Below, piece by piece: positions 8,619-16,524 of a stretch of DNA of 18,696 nucleotides. Below the pieces are notes generated by a model. The model had not been told where the DNA came from, did not search any database, and saw only the letters and a list, made by a program, of their open reading frames with translations. The translations under genes and the position numbers were made by a program. How positions within the stretch are numbered: position 1 is the stretch's first letter; every line of letters starts with the position of its first letter. The stretch is taken from positions 1 to 18,696 of the forward strand of contig CBFIJD010000031.1 of assembly GCA_965662845.1 (NCBI GenBank). Reading direction: 5' to 3'. This stretch comes from an uncultured bacterium (lineage in GTDB: Bacteria > SAR324 > NAC60-12).

Positions 8619-9251
8619 CTAGTTTCCCTGCACCTGTGGATCCCATAGCCCGACTTTTCTGGACTTTGCCGTTTGCTCAGCCTCTACAAACTCTCTCTCA
8701 TAAGGGTTCACACCTTCATCTAACAAATAGAAGGAGAAGCCGTTTTCCACCATCCAGATGTTCAGGCTGCTGCTGCCAGACCACACAAGCCCAGAAATCC
8801 GGAACAACTTATCCTGCATTTCGTAGTCTACCCGCACGCTCCTGCCGTTGAATGCTTTTCCAAGCTCAAAGGCAGCCTTTTTCAGGAACCACTCGTTGTA
8901 CTCTTTGCCCCGATTGATAGAGAGCTTAGGCGAGACATATTGCAGATAGACCCTGACTTCTTGACGACTGACGTTGAGACCACTCTTCGCTAGCTGATAA
9001 GTCCACTTGCGGAAATCTCCGCGATCGTCGATGCGCACCCAGATGCTGTCGGGGCTGGTAACGCGTGAGACCGTGCCTGTGAACTGCGCGCGTTCGGGCG
9101 CGTTCGTCGTTGGCGATGATTTGCGATTTTCAGCGCGCTGGAACAGCTCGCTCCGAATGCGTTCCGTCTCTAAGAGTGGATTCTCAGCCATCGCCTGCGC
9201 CGGCAGCAGCAATCCGAGTAGTAAAATGAGTTGAATGCAGAAGGAAATCAT
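8619..9251 (-). CDS. Exported staphylococcal-nuclease (thermonuclease) fold protein, catalytic motifs degenerate
   Basis: Signal peptide ending AQA/AMA; SNase-like elements GTVSRVTSPDSI, DKLFRISGLVW, LNIWMVENGF, EAEQTAKSRKVGLW. Confidence 0.8.
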   Translation of the reverse strand: MISFCIQLILLLGLLLPAQAMAENPLLETERIRSELFQRAENRKSSPTTNAPERAQFTGTVSRVTSPDSIWVRIDDRGDFRKWTYQLAKSGLNVSRQEVRVYLQYVSPKLSINRGKEYNEWFLKKAAFELGKAFNGRSVRVDYEMQDKLFRISGLVWSGSSSLNIWMVENGFSFYLLDEGVNPYEREFVEAEQTAKSRKVGLWDPQVQGN

Positions 9252-9347
9252 TTGCTATTCCAGTTTGTCAGAAAAACAGTAGTTTGAACCAATTCGGATG
9301 ACAGCGACCCCCGCTTTTTCTTATATCGCGGACTACAAGCAAAAAGT

Positions 9348-9376
9348 TTGCAAGTCAGGAGGAGTCTCCGTAAAGT
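9348..9376 (+). promoter_or_regulatory. Putative sigma70 promoter for lptD
   Basis: TTGCAA (9348-9353), 17-nt spacer, TAAAGT (9371-9376), upstream of ATG 9415. Confidence 0.5.
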
Positions 9377-9414
9377 GTGCGGCTTCGTCTCGACCGCTTT
9401 CCCCCAAATTTCTC

Positions 9415-11937
9415 ATGCACAACGGCCTGCCCAGCTTTCGTCTTTTCTCTTGGATCGTCTGGCTTTTTCTCAGCGCTTTTCCGACTGTGGGGCTCGCTCA
9501 ACAGCCCGACCTCCGCGTCGAAGCACGCTCCTATATCTTTGATCCTGAAGCTCAAATTTATCAATATGAAGATGCGCTGATTGAATGGGGCACTATCGCA
9601 CTTGAAGGGCAGAAAGTCGAGTATTTGCGTCAGGAAAACCTGATTGTCGCAAGTGGATTTGTGCGCTTACGAGAGGGCAACCTGACAATCATCGCAGAGC
9701 GACTAGAGATTAGCCCCGAAGACGACTCCGGTGTGTTCTCAGAGGTCGTCCTGTACGACTCCGGTGGCGCCATCTACATGACCGCCCGTGAAGTTCGCCG
9801 CATGCCAGCGGGCCATTTTGTTGGCTACGACTGCACCTTTACGACTTGTGATCCAGAAAACCCAGTCTGGGAGATTACCGGCGGCGAGGTGAACTATTAT
9901 CCTGAAAACTACTCCTCTGCCCAAAACAGCACACTCCGCATCCGTGGAGTCCCCATCTTGTTTCTTCCTTACATGGCGTGGCCCACGGTCACTCGTCGTC
10001 AATCCGGCTTACTGCCCCCCGAATACGCGCTGCAAAGCTCTAGCGTCGACAAGTTTGACCTAGGATATCGCGTGGCGCTGCCGTACTTCTGGGCGATTGA
10101 TCGCGATCATGATCTGACTGTGCGCACGGAATGGGTGCAACGCCGTGGCTTTGGGCTCGGGCTCGACTATCAATACGCGTTCAACCCCGACGTGCGCGGC
10201 GAAGTCAGAGCCCAGCGTTTTTTTGAACAAAACAAGCGGGATCCGCAGACAGAGTCAGGGCAGCTAAATCCTGAGCAGATTGATCCCACCGACTTGCGGC
10301 CTCTGCGCTATAAGTTCGTGCTGAATCACAACCAGCGCCTCGATCCACGCAGCCGCTTAATCGTCGCCGGGTTAGTCTACAGTGACAGCCAATATCAAAA
10401 AGAATACGAAGCCGTGCGCACACCCGACCCAAACTATGCGCAGCGCTTCTCAGGGTCGGTGAACCGACAATATGAATTAGGCAGCGTGACGCTCTCGGCC
10501 ACTCAAGAAAAAGTCTTCCAAGAGATCGCGCTGCTCAATCGAGCCACAGACCCCACACGGGTACAACGCTTGCCCGCGCTCTCGTTTCAATACAACCAGC
10601 AGCCGTTCCGCTCGGTCGACCTGACAACGACGGCCTCGGGATCGCTTGTCCGCTATTTCCGTGAAGAAGGTTACAACGGCATTGGCACCGTCGTGAACCC
10701 AGGACTGCGCTTCCGTTTCCCTTTGCTGAGTCACTTCAAAGGCATCGTTGGCGTCGGGCGTTCCTACTCCTATTACCGCGTTTGGAATCCAAACTTGCCC
10801 GCTTCGGACGATATATACGCCTTTGAAATTTGGAGCGCGGACGCAGAACTCAACACGACCGTCTCACGAATTTGGAGCACCGAGAGCGGTCTGTTTAGCC
10901 GCTTCAAACATCTCATCACGCCGCGCCTACGCTACGACTACGTGGAAGATGTGGTGCAGCAGTCGTCATCTGGGGTTCCGTTTGGAGGAGGGATCGCCAC
11001 CCGACGTCTCCTAGAGTTGCGACTGGATCATGTGCTGTTGGCCAAGCGCCGAATTTATGAACCGGCTGTCAGGATGACCTCTCGCTCTTTGAGCCGTCTG
11101 CAAACACAGGGGCTCTCCGTGAAGACGCTGCGCAGATTGCAGCGCCTGCGTGACCGCGAATTTGCGTCTAGCTCGGAAATGCAGCAGACCTTGCAGCAAC
11201 TGTTTGGCGAGTCGCTCACCCGAGAAGAACGCCAAACCATCGTGGCCGCCGCTGAGAGCGGCGTGGCCCTGCGCGCAGGCAGCCAGACGCAACGCCCTAG
11301 CACTGAGAGCGATAGCCGAGTGTTGGCGACCTTAAATCTCATTCAACCGTATGATTTTTTAAAGGAAGACCCGAATTACCAATCCAATGGCCCAGCACCC
11401 CTTGGTGATGAGACGGCTCCTGGGGAACCGCTGCTGCCGCTGCGGCTGGAGTTGTCATTGCAGCCGGGCACTGGTTTCGGAGTGAACTTTTTCAACCGAT
11501 ATCATCACCAACAGCAGCGGACCGTGGAATATTCGCTCTCTGTCGATGTCAACACGAGCAAATACAGTCAGGCTTCGGTAGCGTTTCGTGAAAACGAGAG
11601 GACCTATGTGACGCCGTATGGCAGGACGGTAGGCGAAACGTCGAGTTTTAGTTTTAGCAACACGCACCAAGCAAGTGATGAGTTGTCTTTCGGATTTTCC
11701 GGAACCGTCGACCTGAATCCCGAGAGCACCGCTTTTCAACGACGTCTTGTCTCAGACGCCATTTTTTTGAGCTATCGCCCGGACTGTTGGACCTTCAATC
11801 TCAGGTTGGAAGAGCGCGTTGACAAAACGACGACTAGCGGTGGGCGAGAGACGGAATATGTGGATCGCACAATTTTCGCGAGTGTCACATTGGGCGGAGT
11901 TGAATTCCCTGAGCAGTCTTTCCCAAGGGTGTTTTGA
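9415..11937 (+). CDS. lptD: LPS-assembly outer membrane protein LptD
   Basis: Signal peptide after Met 9415, OstA-like N-domain, FTTC, GVPILFLPY, RRQSGLLPP, LPYFWAI, KHLITPRLRYDY, C-terminal YRPDCW. The ORF-track start 9298 is probably too far upstream. Confidence 0.92.
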   Translation: MHNGLPSFRLFSWIVWLFLSAFPTVGLAQQPDLRVEARSYIFDPEAQIYQYEDALIEWGTIALEGQKVEYLRQENLIVASGFVRLREGNLTIIAERLEISPEDDSGVFSEVVLYDSGGAIYMTAREVRRMPAGHFVGYDCTFTTCDPENPVWEITGGEVNYYPENYSSAQNSTLRIRGVPILFLPYMAWPTVTRRQSGLLPPEYALQSSSVDKFDLGYRVALPYFWAIDRDHDLTVRTEWVQRRGFGLGLDYQYAFNPDVRGEVRAQRFFEQNKRDPQTESGQLNPEQIDPTDLRPLRYKFVLNHNQRLDPRSRLIVAGLVYSDSQYQKEYEAVRTPDPNYAQRFSGSVNRQYELGSVTLSATQEKVFQEIALLNRATDPTRVQRLPALSFQYNQQPFRSVDLTTTASGSLVRYFREEGYNGIGTVVNPGLRFRFPLLSHFKGIVGVGRSYSYYRVWNPNLPASDDIYAFEIWSADAELNTTVSRIWSTESGLFSRFKHLITPRLRYDYVEDVVQQSSSGVPFGGGIATRRLLELRLDHVLLAKRRIYEPAVRMTSRSLSRLQTQGLSVKTLRRLQRLRDREFASSSEMQQTLQQLFGESLTREERQTIVAAAESGVALRAGSQTQRPSTESDSRVLATLNLIQPYDFLKEDPNYQSNGPAPLGDETAPGEPLLPLRLELSLQPGTGFGVNFFNRYHHQQQRTVEYSLSVDVNTSKYSQASVAFRENERTYVTPYGRTVGETSSFSFSNTHQASDELSFGFSGTVDLNPESTAFQRRLVSDAIFLSYRPDCWTFNLRLEERVDKTTTSGGRETEYVDRTIFASVTLGGVEFPEQSFPRVF

Positions 11938-12623
11938 TGCGACAACTCAGCTTGCTGTTGATGGCTTGGCTCAGCCTTTGGAACGGGACGTTGGCACAAG
12001 AGGCGCCTGAAGATTATCCCCAAATGTTTGAGCGAAGTGTCGAGTCTCGGGTTCGCGTTCCAGAGCCAGAAATCTTTTCGCCCTCGTATCGACCTCGCAC
12101 CCTCGGCGTCTATTTTGGCGTGGGATTCCGAAGTTTGGATTTCACGCTAGCGGACGGCCAAAACCGCACCTTTTCCGATGGGACATCCAATGGCGTTGCC
12201 TTTCACTTGGGATATTTGCAACGCGGTCAGGCATTCGAATTTGAACGCCAAATTAGCTTGGTCGGTTTGAGCAAACCGGTCGCCTATAAAAGCAAGGAGT
12301 TTGATGCCCTCGAGGTTGTGCAAAATCGCCTCTGGTACTGGTGGGTGGAGCGGCTCTCTCCAGACTGGTTGGCGTTTTATGGTTCTGGCTTAGAATTCGC
12401 GCAAATGAGACCGAGCAGCGCGGACACAGAGCTCGCCTATGTGGATGAAACGTCAGCGATCTTTGGAGGTGGGATCTCGGTGTTTGCAGTGCCCAGCTTG
12501 CTGTTAGGCTATCGCTTCGCGACCGGCTTTCATCTCTCGACGTTGGGGCTGTCTACGCATGAGCCGCTACTCATTCGCTCCCAAATTCACTCCTTTTACC
12601 TCGATTACTTCTTTCCATTGTAG
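11937..12623 (+). CDS. Hypothetical exported protein, probable small outer-membrane beta-barrel
   Basis: TGATG overlap with the lptD stop; signal peptide (..GTLA-Q); alternating amphipathic strands (GVYFGVG, GVAFHLGY, FYGSGLEF, LLGYRF); aromatic C-terminus YLDYFFPL. Confidence 0.65.
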   Translation: MRQLSLLLMAWLSLWNGTLAQEAPEDYPQMFERSVESRVRVPEPEIFSPSYRPRTLGVYFGVGFRSLDFTLADGQNRTFSDGTSNGVAFHLGYLQRGQAFEFERQISLVGLSKPVAYKSKEFDALEVVQNRLWYWWVERLSPDWLAFYGSGLEFAQMRPSSADTELAYVDETSAIFGGGISVFAVPSLLLGYRFATGFHLSTLGLSTHEPLLIRSQIHSFYLDYFFPL

Positions 12624-12631
12624 CTTATGGC

Positions 12632-12659
12632 TTGCCTTGACCTCGTTTTTCCTTAGAAT
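12632..12659 (+). promoter_or_regulatory. Putative sigma70 promoter for nuoM
   Basis: TTGCCT (12632-12637), 16-nt spacer, TAGAAT (12654-12659). Confidence 0.4.
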
Positions 12660-12706
12660 CGGCCCGGTTTGCGTCACTACTTTGTCACTCTCTGCGGAAT
12701 CAACTC

Positions 12707-14236
12707 ATGGCTCTCACATTCCCTATCCTGTCTTTGCTGGTGTTCTCTCCATTATTGGGAGTCCTGCTCACATTGACATTTCGAGATGCGCAAAACGGGC
12801 GTGCGGCTCAGTGGGGCGCCTTAGCCGGAAGTGGGATCACGGCGCTGCTCAGCTTGTATCTGTGGTTTGCCTTTCAAGAGGGAACCGCCGAGCTGCAGTT
12901 GGTGGAACGTTTTGCGTGGATCGGCTCCTTCGGAATTGACTACTATCTCGGTCTGGATGGGCTCAATCTCTTCTTTCTGATCGCAACAGCTTGGTTGACG
13001 CCGCTCGCCTTGATTGCCTCTTGGAGTCTCACAGAGCGGGCTTGGCAATTTTCCATGCACTTGCTGCTGTTAGAGGTCGGAGTCCTCGGTTGCTTCGTCG
13101 CGTTAGACGTGATCCTGTTCTATGCCTTTTTCGAGTTGATGTTGATTCCCCTCTATTTCTTAGTGGGCGGCTGGGGGCGCGGCCCGGCTCGCGTTGCCGC
13201 AGCCAATCGCTTCTTCATCTACACTGTCTTCGGATCGCTGTTGATGTTGGCAGGGCTCATCTACACCGGAGTCTTGTTTCATGAGCGCTATGGGTATTGG
13301 TCGTTTCAAATCACGGATTGGTACGGACTCGAGATCCCTGCGCACACGCAGGTGTGGTTGTTTGCCAGCATGTTTGTTGCGTTTGCGATCAAAATTCCGC
13401 TGTTTCCTTTTCATGGCTGGCTCCCCTCTTTTCACGAAGAGGCGCCCATCATCGGCTCTGTAGAAATGGCGGCGATCATGATGAAGCTCGGGCCCTATGG
13501 CTTCTTGCGGTTTGCGATGCCAACCTATCCCGAAGCGGTGGCCGCGCTATCCGATTACATCTTCGTGATTGCCCTAGTGAGCATTTTATATGGCGGACTC
13601 GTCGCGATGGTGCAGACCAACATCAAGCGGCTGATGGCGTATTCATCAGTGTCGCACATGGGCTACATCCTGCTCGGAATTTTCGCTCTGAATGAACAAG
13701 GGATGGGCGGCGGTTTGATGCAGATGGTCAACTATGCAATCGTCACGAGCGCTCTGTTTCTGTGTTTAGGCATGATGCTTCAGCGTTTCGAGACGCAAGA
13801 AATTGCAGACTACAGCGGTCTCCTGAAGACCATGCCCATCTTCAGTGGTTTCTTCATTTTGTTCAGTATGGGGTCGATTGGCTTGCCGGGCTTGAATAGT
13901 TTTGTCGGCGAAGTGTTGACGATGATTGGCGCCGCAAAAGTGAATATTTGGTACGGCGTACTCGCTGCGATTGGCGTGATCATCGCCGCAATTTACATGC
14001 TGTGGATGGTGCAGCGAGTATTTTTTGGGCCTGCCAAAGACTGGGGATATCCCGTCAAAGATCTGACTGTGCGTGAAGCGGTTGTGCTCGTCCCTCTGGC
14101 GTTTTGGGCGATCGCGTTTGGGGTGTATCCTCAGCTGTTTTTTGACAAAGCCGAAGCCTCGCTCAACCATTACGTGCAGCAGGTCCAGCCACAGCCCGCG
14201 TTGCACACCGTCCAAACGAACCCCGCGCTACCTTGA
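12707..14236 (+). CDS. nuoM: NADH-quinone oxidoreductase subunit M (antiporter-like), stand-alone
   Basis: YYLGLDGL, FYAFFELMLIP, AFAIKIPLFPFHGWLP..H.EAP, KLGPYG, KRLMAYSSVSHMG, GLPGLNSFVGE; many TM helices; 509 aa. Confidence 0.93.
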   Translation: MALTFPILSLLVFSPLLGVLLTLTFRDAQNGRAAQWGALAGSGITALLSLYLWFAFQEGTAELQLVERFAWIGSFGIDYYLGLDGLNLFFLIATAWLTPLALIASWSLTERAWQFSMHLLLLEVGVLGCFVALDVILFYAFFELMLIPLYFLVGGWGRGPARVAAANRFFIYTVFGSLLMLAGLIYTGVLFHERYGYWSFQITDWYGLEIPAHTQVWLFASMFVAFAIKIPLFPFHGWLPSFHEEAPIIGSVEMAAIMMKLGPYGFLRFAMPTYPEAVAALSDYIFVIALVSILYGGLVAMVQTNIKRLMAYSSVSHMGYILLGIFALNEQGMGGGLMQMVNYAIVTSALFLCLGMMLQRFETQEIADYSGLLKTMPIFSGFFILFSMGSIGLPGLNSFVGEVLTMIGAAKVNIWYGVLAAIGVIIAAIYMLWMVQRVFFGPAKDWGYPVKDLTVREAVVLVPLAFWAIAFGVYPQLFFDKAEASLNHYVQQVQPQPALHTVQTNPALP

Positions 14237-14244
14237 GAAATCGC

Positions 14245-14273
14245 TTGCATCTGCTGGGGGCTTCTCTTACTCT
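14245..14273 (+). promoter_or_regulatory. Putative sigma70 promoter for tRNA-Ser/ffs/dnaX
   Basis: TTGCAT (14245-14250), 17-nt spacer, TACTCT (14268-14273), ending 27 nt before the tRNA. Confidence 0.55.
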
Positions 14274-14300
14274 ACTGGGCTTCCATTTGCTTGGCGTTAC

Positions 14301-14390
14301 GGAAAGGTGACCGAGTGGCTGAAGGTGCACGACTGGAACTCGTGTGTGCGTGAAAGCGTACCGAGGGTTCGAATCCCTCCCTTTCCGCCA
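14301..14390 (+). tRNA. tRNA-Ser (anticodon GGA)
   Basis: Acceptor stem GGAAAGG/CCTTTCC, D-loop AGTGG, anticodon arm CACGA-CTGGAAC-TCGTG, long variable arm, T-loop GTTCGAATC, encoded CCA; 90 nt. Confidence 0.98.
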
Positions 14391-14424
14391 GCAACTCCCC
14401 CCTCTCATATCGAGATCTGCAAAT

Positions 14425-14516
14425 GGTTGGGTTTCGCGCAATCGAAAGTTTCGAACCGTGTCAGGTCTTAACGGAAGCAGCACTAAGATTCCGTAGATGT
14501 GCCGCGCAGCCCAGCC
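14425..14516 (+). ncRNA. ffs: Signal recognition particle RNA (4.5S, small bacterial type)
   Basis: Core GTGTCAGGTCT-TAAC-GGAAGCAGCAC matches the SRP helix-8 motif (E. coli UCAGGUCC-GGAA-GGAAGCAGC); terminal stem GGTTGGGTTTCGCG / CGCGCAGCCCAGCC; position between tRNA-Ser and dnaX is a known ffs context. Confidence 0.9.
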
Positions 14517-14534
14517 TCCCGCTCCTCCCTTAGC

Positions 14535-16424
14535 ATGACTTACGTAGTCCTCGCTCGCAAACTCCGCCCTCAGCGCTTCGCCGATTTGATCGGGCAAGAG
14601 ACCATCGCCAACACCCTGCAGAACGCTATTCGTAGTGATCGGGTCGCGCACGCTTTTTTGTTCGCGGGTTCTCGTGGTGTGGGCAAAACCAGCGCCGCCC
14701 GAATCGTGACGAAGGCCCTGAATTGCCTAGAGCCCGATGCCATCGACCCCTGCAATGCCTGCGAAAATTGCCGAGAGATCAGCAGCAATGCCTCCGCAGA
14801 TGTCTTTGAAATCGACGCGGCCTCAAACCGTGGTATCGAAAACATTCGAGAGTTGAGAGAGAACGTCAAGTATGCGCCCGCGCGCTGTCGCTACAAGGTC
14901 TACATCATCGACGAAGCGCACATGCTCACGCTGGAATCTTTTAACGCCTTGCTCAAAACGCTGGAAGAACCACCTCCGCACGTGAAGTTCATCCTCGCCA
15001 CGACAGACCCTCACAAAGTCCCCATCACGATCCTTTCACGTTGTCAGCGCTATGACTTTCAGCGAGTGCCACTCGGGCGCATGGTCGATTTTCTTTCGAC
15101 CGTCGCCGTACAAGAACAACTGCAACTCAGCCCCAAAGCCTTAGCGCTGATCGCTCGTCACGCTGTCGGGGGCATGCGCGACGCGTTGACTGCCCTAGAT
15201 CAGATCCTGAGCTACGCTGGAAGCTCGGCCACAGACGAAGAGGTCCGCGAGATTTTAGGGATCGCAGACGCATCCCTGCGCTTCGAGCTACTGGAAGCCA
15301 TTTTGCGCAAACAGACCGCCGCGACCATGATCGCCTTTCGCGCTTTTCAGAGTCATGGCATGGATCTGCAAGAGCTGTTGCAAGAGCTGTTGCAGTCGGT
15401 GAAGACGCTTTCTCTGAGTCTAACGCTTCAGGGTGATCTCGCTGGTGAAGACATTACAGAAGAAGAAGTCCAACGCTATCGAGAGCTAAGCGGCCTCACT
15501 ACGCTTGGTGAGCTACAGCAGATGTTTCAGATCTTGCTACAGCTAGAAGAACAAATGAAACGCAGCGTGCATGCCCAGATTTGTTTTGAAATGGCGCTCT
15601 TGCAGCTTGCCGCTGTGCAGCCCCTGATTGGGGTGAGTGATTTGCTGCAGCAAGTGCGCGCTTTGCGCAAATCCACCGACGGCGCCTCAAACGCCGCACC
15701 CGCCGTCGAAGTGCAAGAGCCGTCGCCCAGTTCACAGACCTTCGCCTCGCCCCAAACCGCCACACCTCAGAGCGGATCTCCAAACTCGAAGCCATCATTC
15801 TATGCCGCCGCGTCCCCCAGCGCCCCTGAGCCACGCCTAGAGCAACCGAACAAAGGCGCACAAGACGCGTTGCGTTTGTTACGTGGCAAAGACGACAACG
15901 CCCCTTCACCGCAAAAAAAAACTTTAAATCCTAGCCAAACCTCAAATGTTCCTCCCCCTTTGGCGGCCCCTCCGCTTGAGAAGGATCCGGATTCTAAGCT
16001 CGCGATGGCTGCTTCCGAAGAAGTCGCGCCGCAGAAACTTGAGCCGCCACCGGGAGAATGGCTGCGTTTTGTGCGCTTTGTGCAGGAACGCGCATCGTTG
16101 ACGGGAACGCTGCTGCGCTCAGCCGTTCCAACAGATCTGACCGCGTCTGAATTCGTCTTGGAGTTTCGAAAGTCACCCCAGCTCTTCACCGAAGAGCACC
16201 AAGCCAAGCTGAAGCACGCGCTGGAAGAGTTCGGTCAGCGCCCTGTCACGGTGCGCCGCTCCGATCAAACGGTCACGCATGGCACGACCCTGCAAGAGTA
16301 TGAAGCTTGGCAACAAGCCGAAGAGAAACGCCGCCGCGAAGAGCAGGCCCGCAAAGATCCACAAGTGCAGCAAATTTTAGAGGTCTTTGTCGGGAGTGAA
16401 ATTCGAGAGATCCAACTGCGATAA
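14535..16424 (+). CDS. dnaX: DNA polymerase III subunit tau/gamma
   Basis: YVVLARKLRPQRF, Walker A GSRGVGKT, Zn-binding cysteines (C...PCNACENC), EIDAAS, DEAHML, SRC motif, Pro-rich linker. Start set at ATG 14535 because the longer ORF overlaps ffs. Confidence 0.98.
   Translation: MTYVVLARKLRPQRFADLIGQETIANTLQNAIRSDRVAHAFLFAGSRGVGKTSAARIVTKALNCLEPDAIDPCNACENCREISSNASADVFEIDAASNRGIENIRELRENVKYAPARCRYKVYIIDEAHMLTLESFNALLKTLEEPPPHVKFILATTDPHKVPITILSRCQRYDFQRVPLGRMVDFLSTVAVQEQLQLSPKALALIARHAVGGMRDALTALDQILSYAGSSATDEEVREILGIADASLRFELLEAILRKQTAATMIAFRAFQSHGMDLQELLQELLQSVKTLSLSLTLQGDLAGEDITEEEVQRYRELSGLTTLGELQQMFQILLQLEEQMKRSVHAQICFEMALLQLAAVQPLIGVSDLLQQVRALRKSTDGASNAAPAVEVQEPSPSSQTFASPQTATPQSGSPNSKPSFYAAASPSAPEPRLEQPNKGAQDALRLLRGKDDNAPSPQKKTLNPSQTSNVPPPLAAPPLEKDPDSKLAMAASEEVAPQKLEPPPGEWLRFVRFVQERASLTGTLLRSAVPTDLTASEFVLEFRKSPQLFTEEHQAKLKHALEEFGQRPVTVRRSDQTVTHGTTLQEYEAWQQAEEKRRREEQARKDPQVQQILEVFVGSEIREIQLR
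15913..15934 (+). other. Candidate recoding (slippage/frameshift) site in dnaX
   Basis: A9 at 15913-15921 followed by TAA (15925-15927) and TAG (15932-15934) in the two alternative frames. Confidence 0.65.
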
Positions 16425-16524
16425 CAGTTACAGTTGCGTCCTGATCACCAGCAATTTACCATTTTGTAACTACTTCGGTGCCCTTCGGCATCGGCTTTCC
16501 TCACTTCTTCACGCAGGAGACAGA

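Noticed and set aside
8617..8646. Longer yggS start at 8646
   Set aside because: Overlaps the upstream gene; ATG 8616 gives the typical family N-terminus.
9298..9414. N-terminal extension of lptD in the ORF track
   Set aside because: Contains a promoter-like element and would bury the signal peptide; Met 9415 fits better.
14370..14424. tRNA-Ser 3' end as an integration site
   Set aside because: No integrase and no duplicated tRNA 3' end seen; the ffs-dnaX synteny is intact.
14073..14651. ORFs spanning the tRNA and ffs (14073..14471 +, 14163..14651 -) and the dnaX extension from 14499
   Set aside because: They overlap structured RNA genes and are spurious.
15367..15394. 12-bp tandem repeat TGCAAGAGCTGT in dnaX
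   Set aside because: In-frame, only about 2.3 copies, encoding helical LQELLQELLQ; no sign of a contingency locus.
16476..16493. Hairpin CGGTGCC-CTTC-GGCATCG between dnaX and ybaB
   Set aside because: Short stem with a G-U pair and a weak U-tract; not enough to call a terminator.
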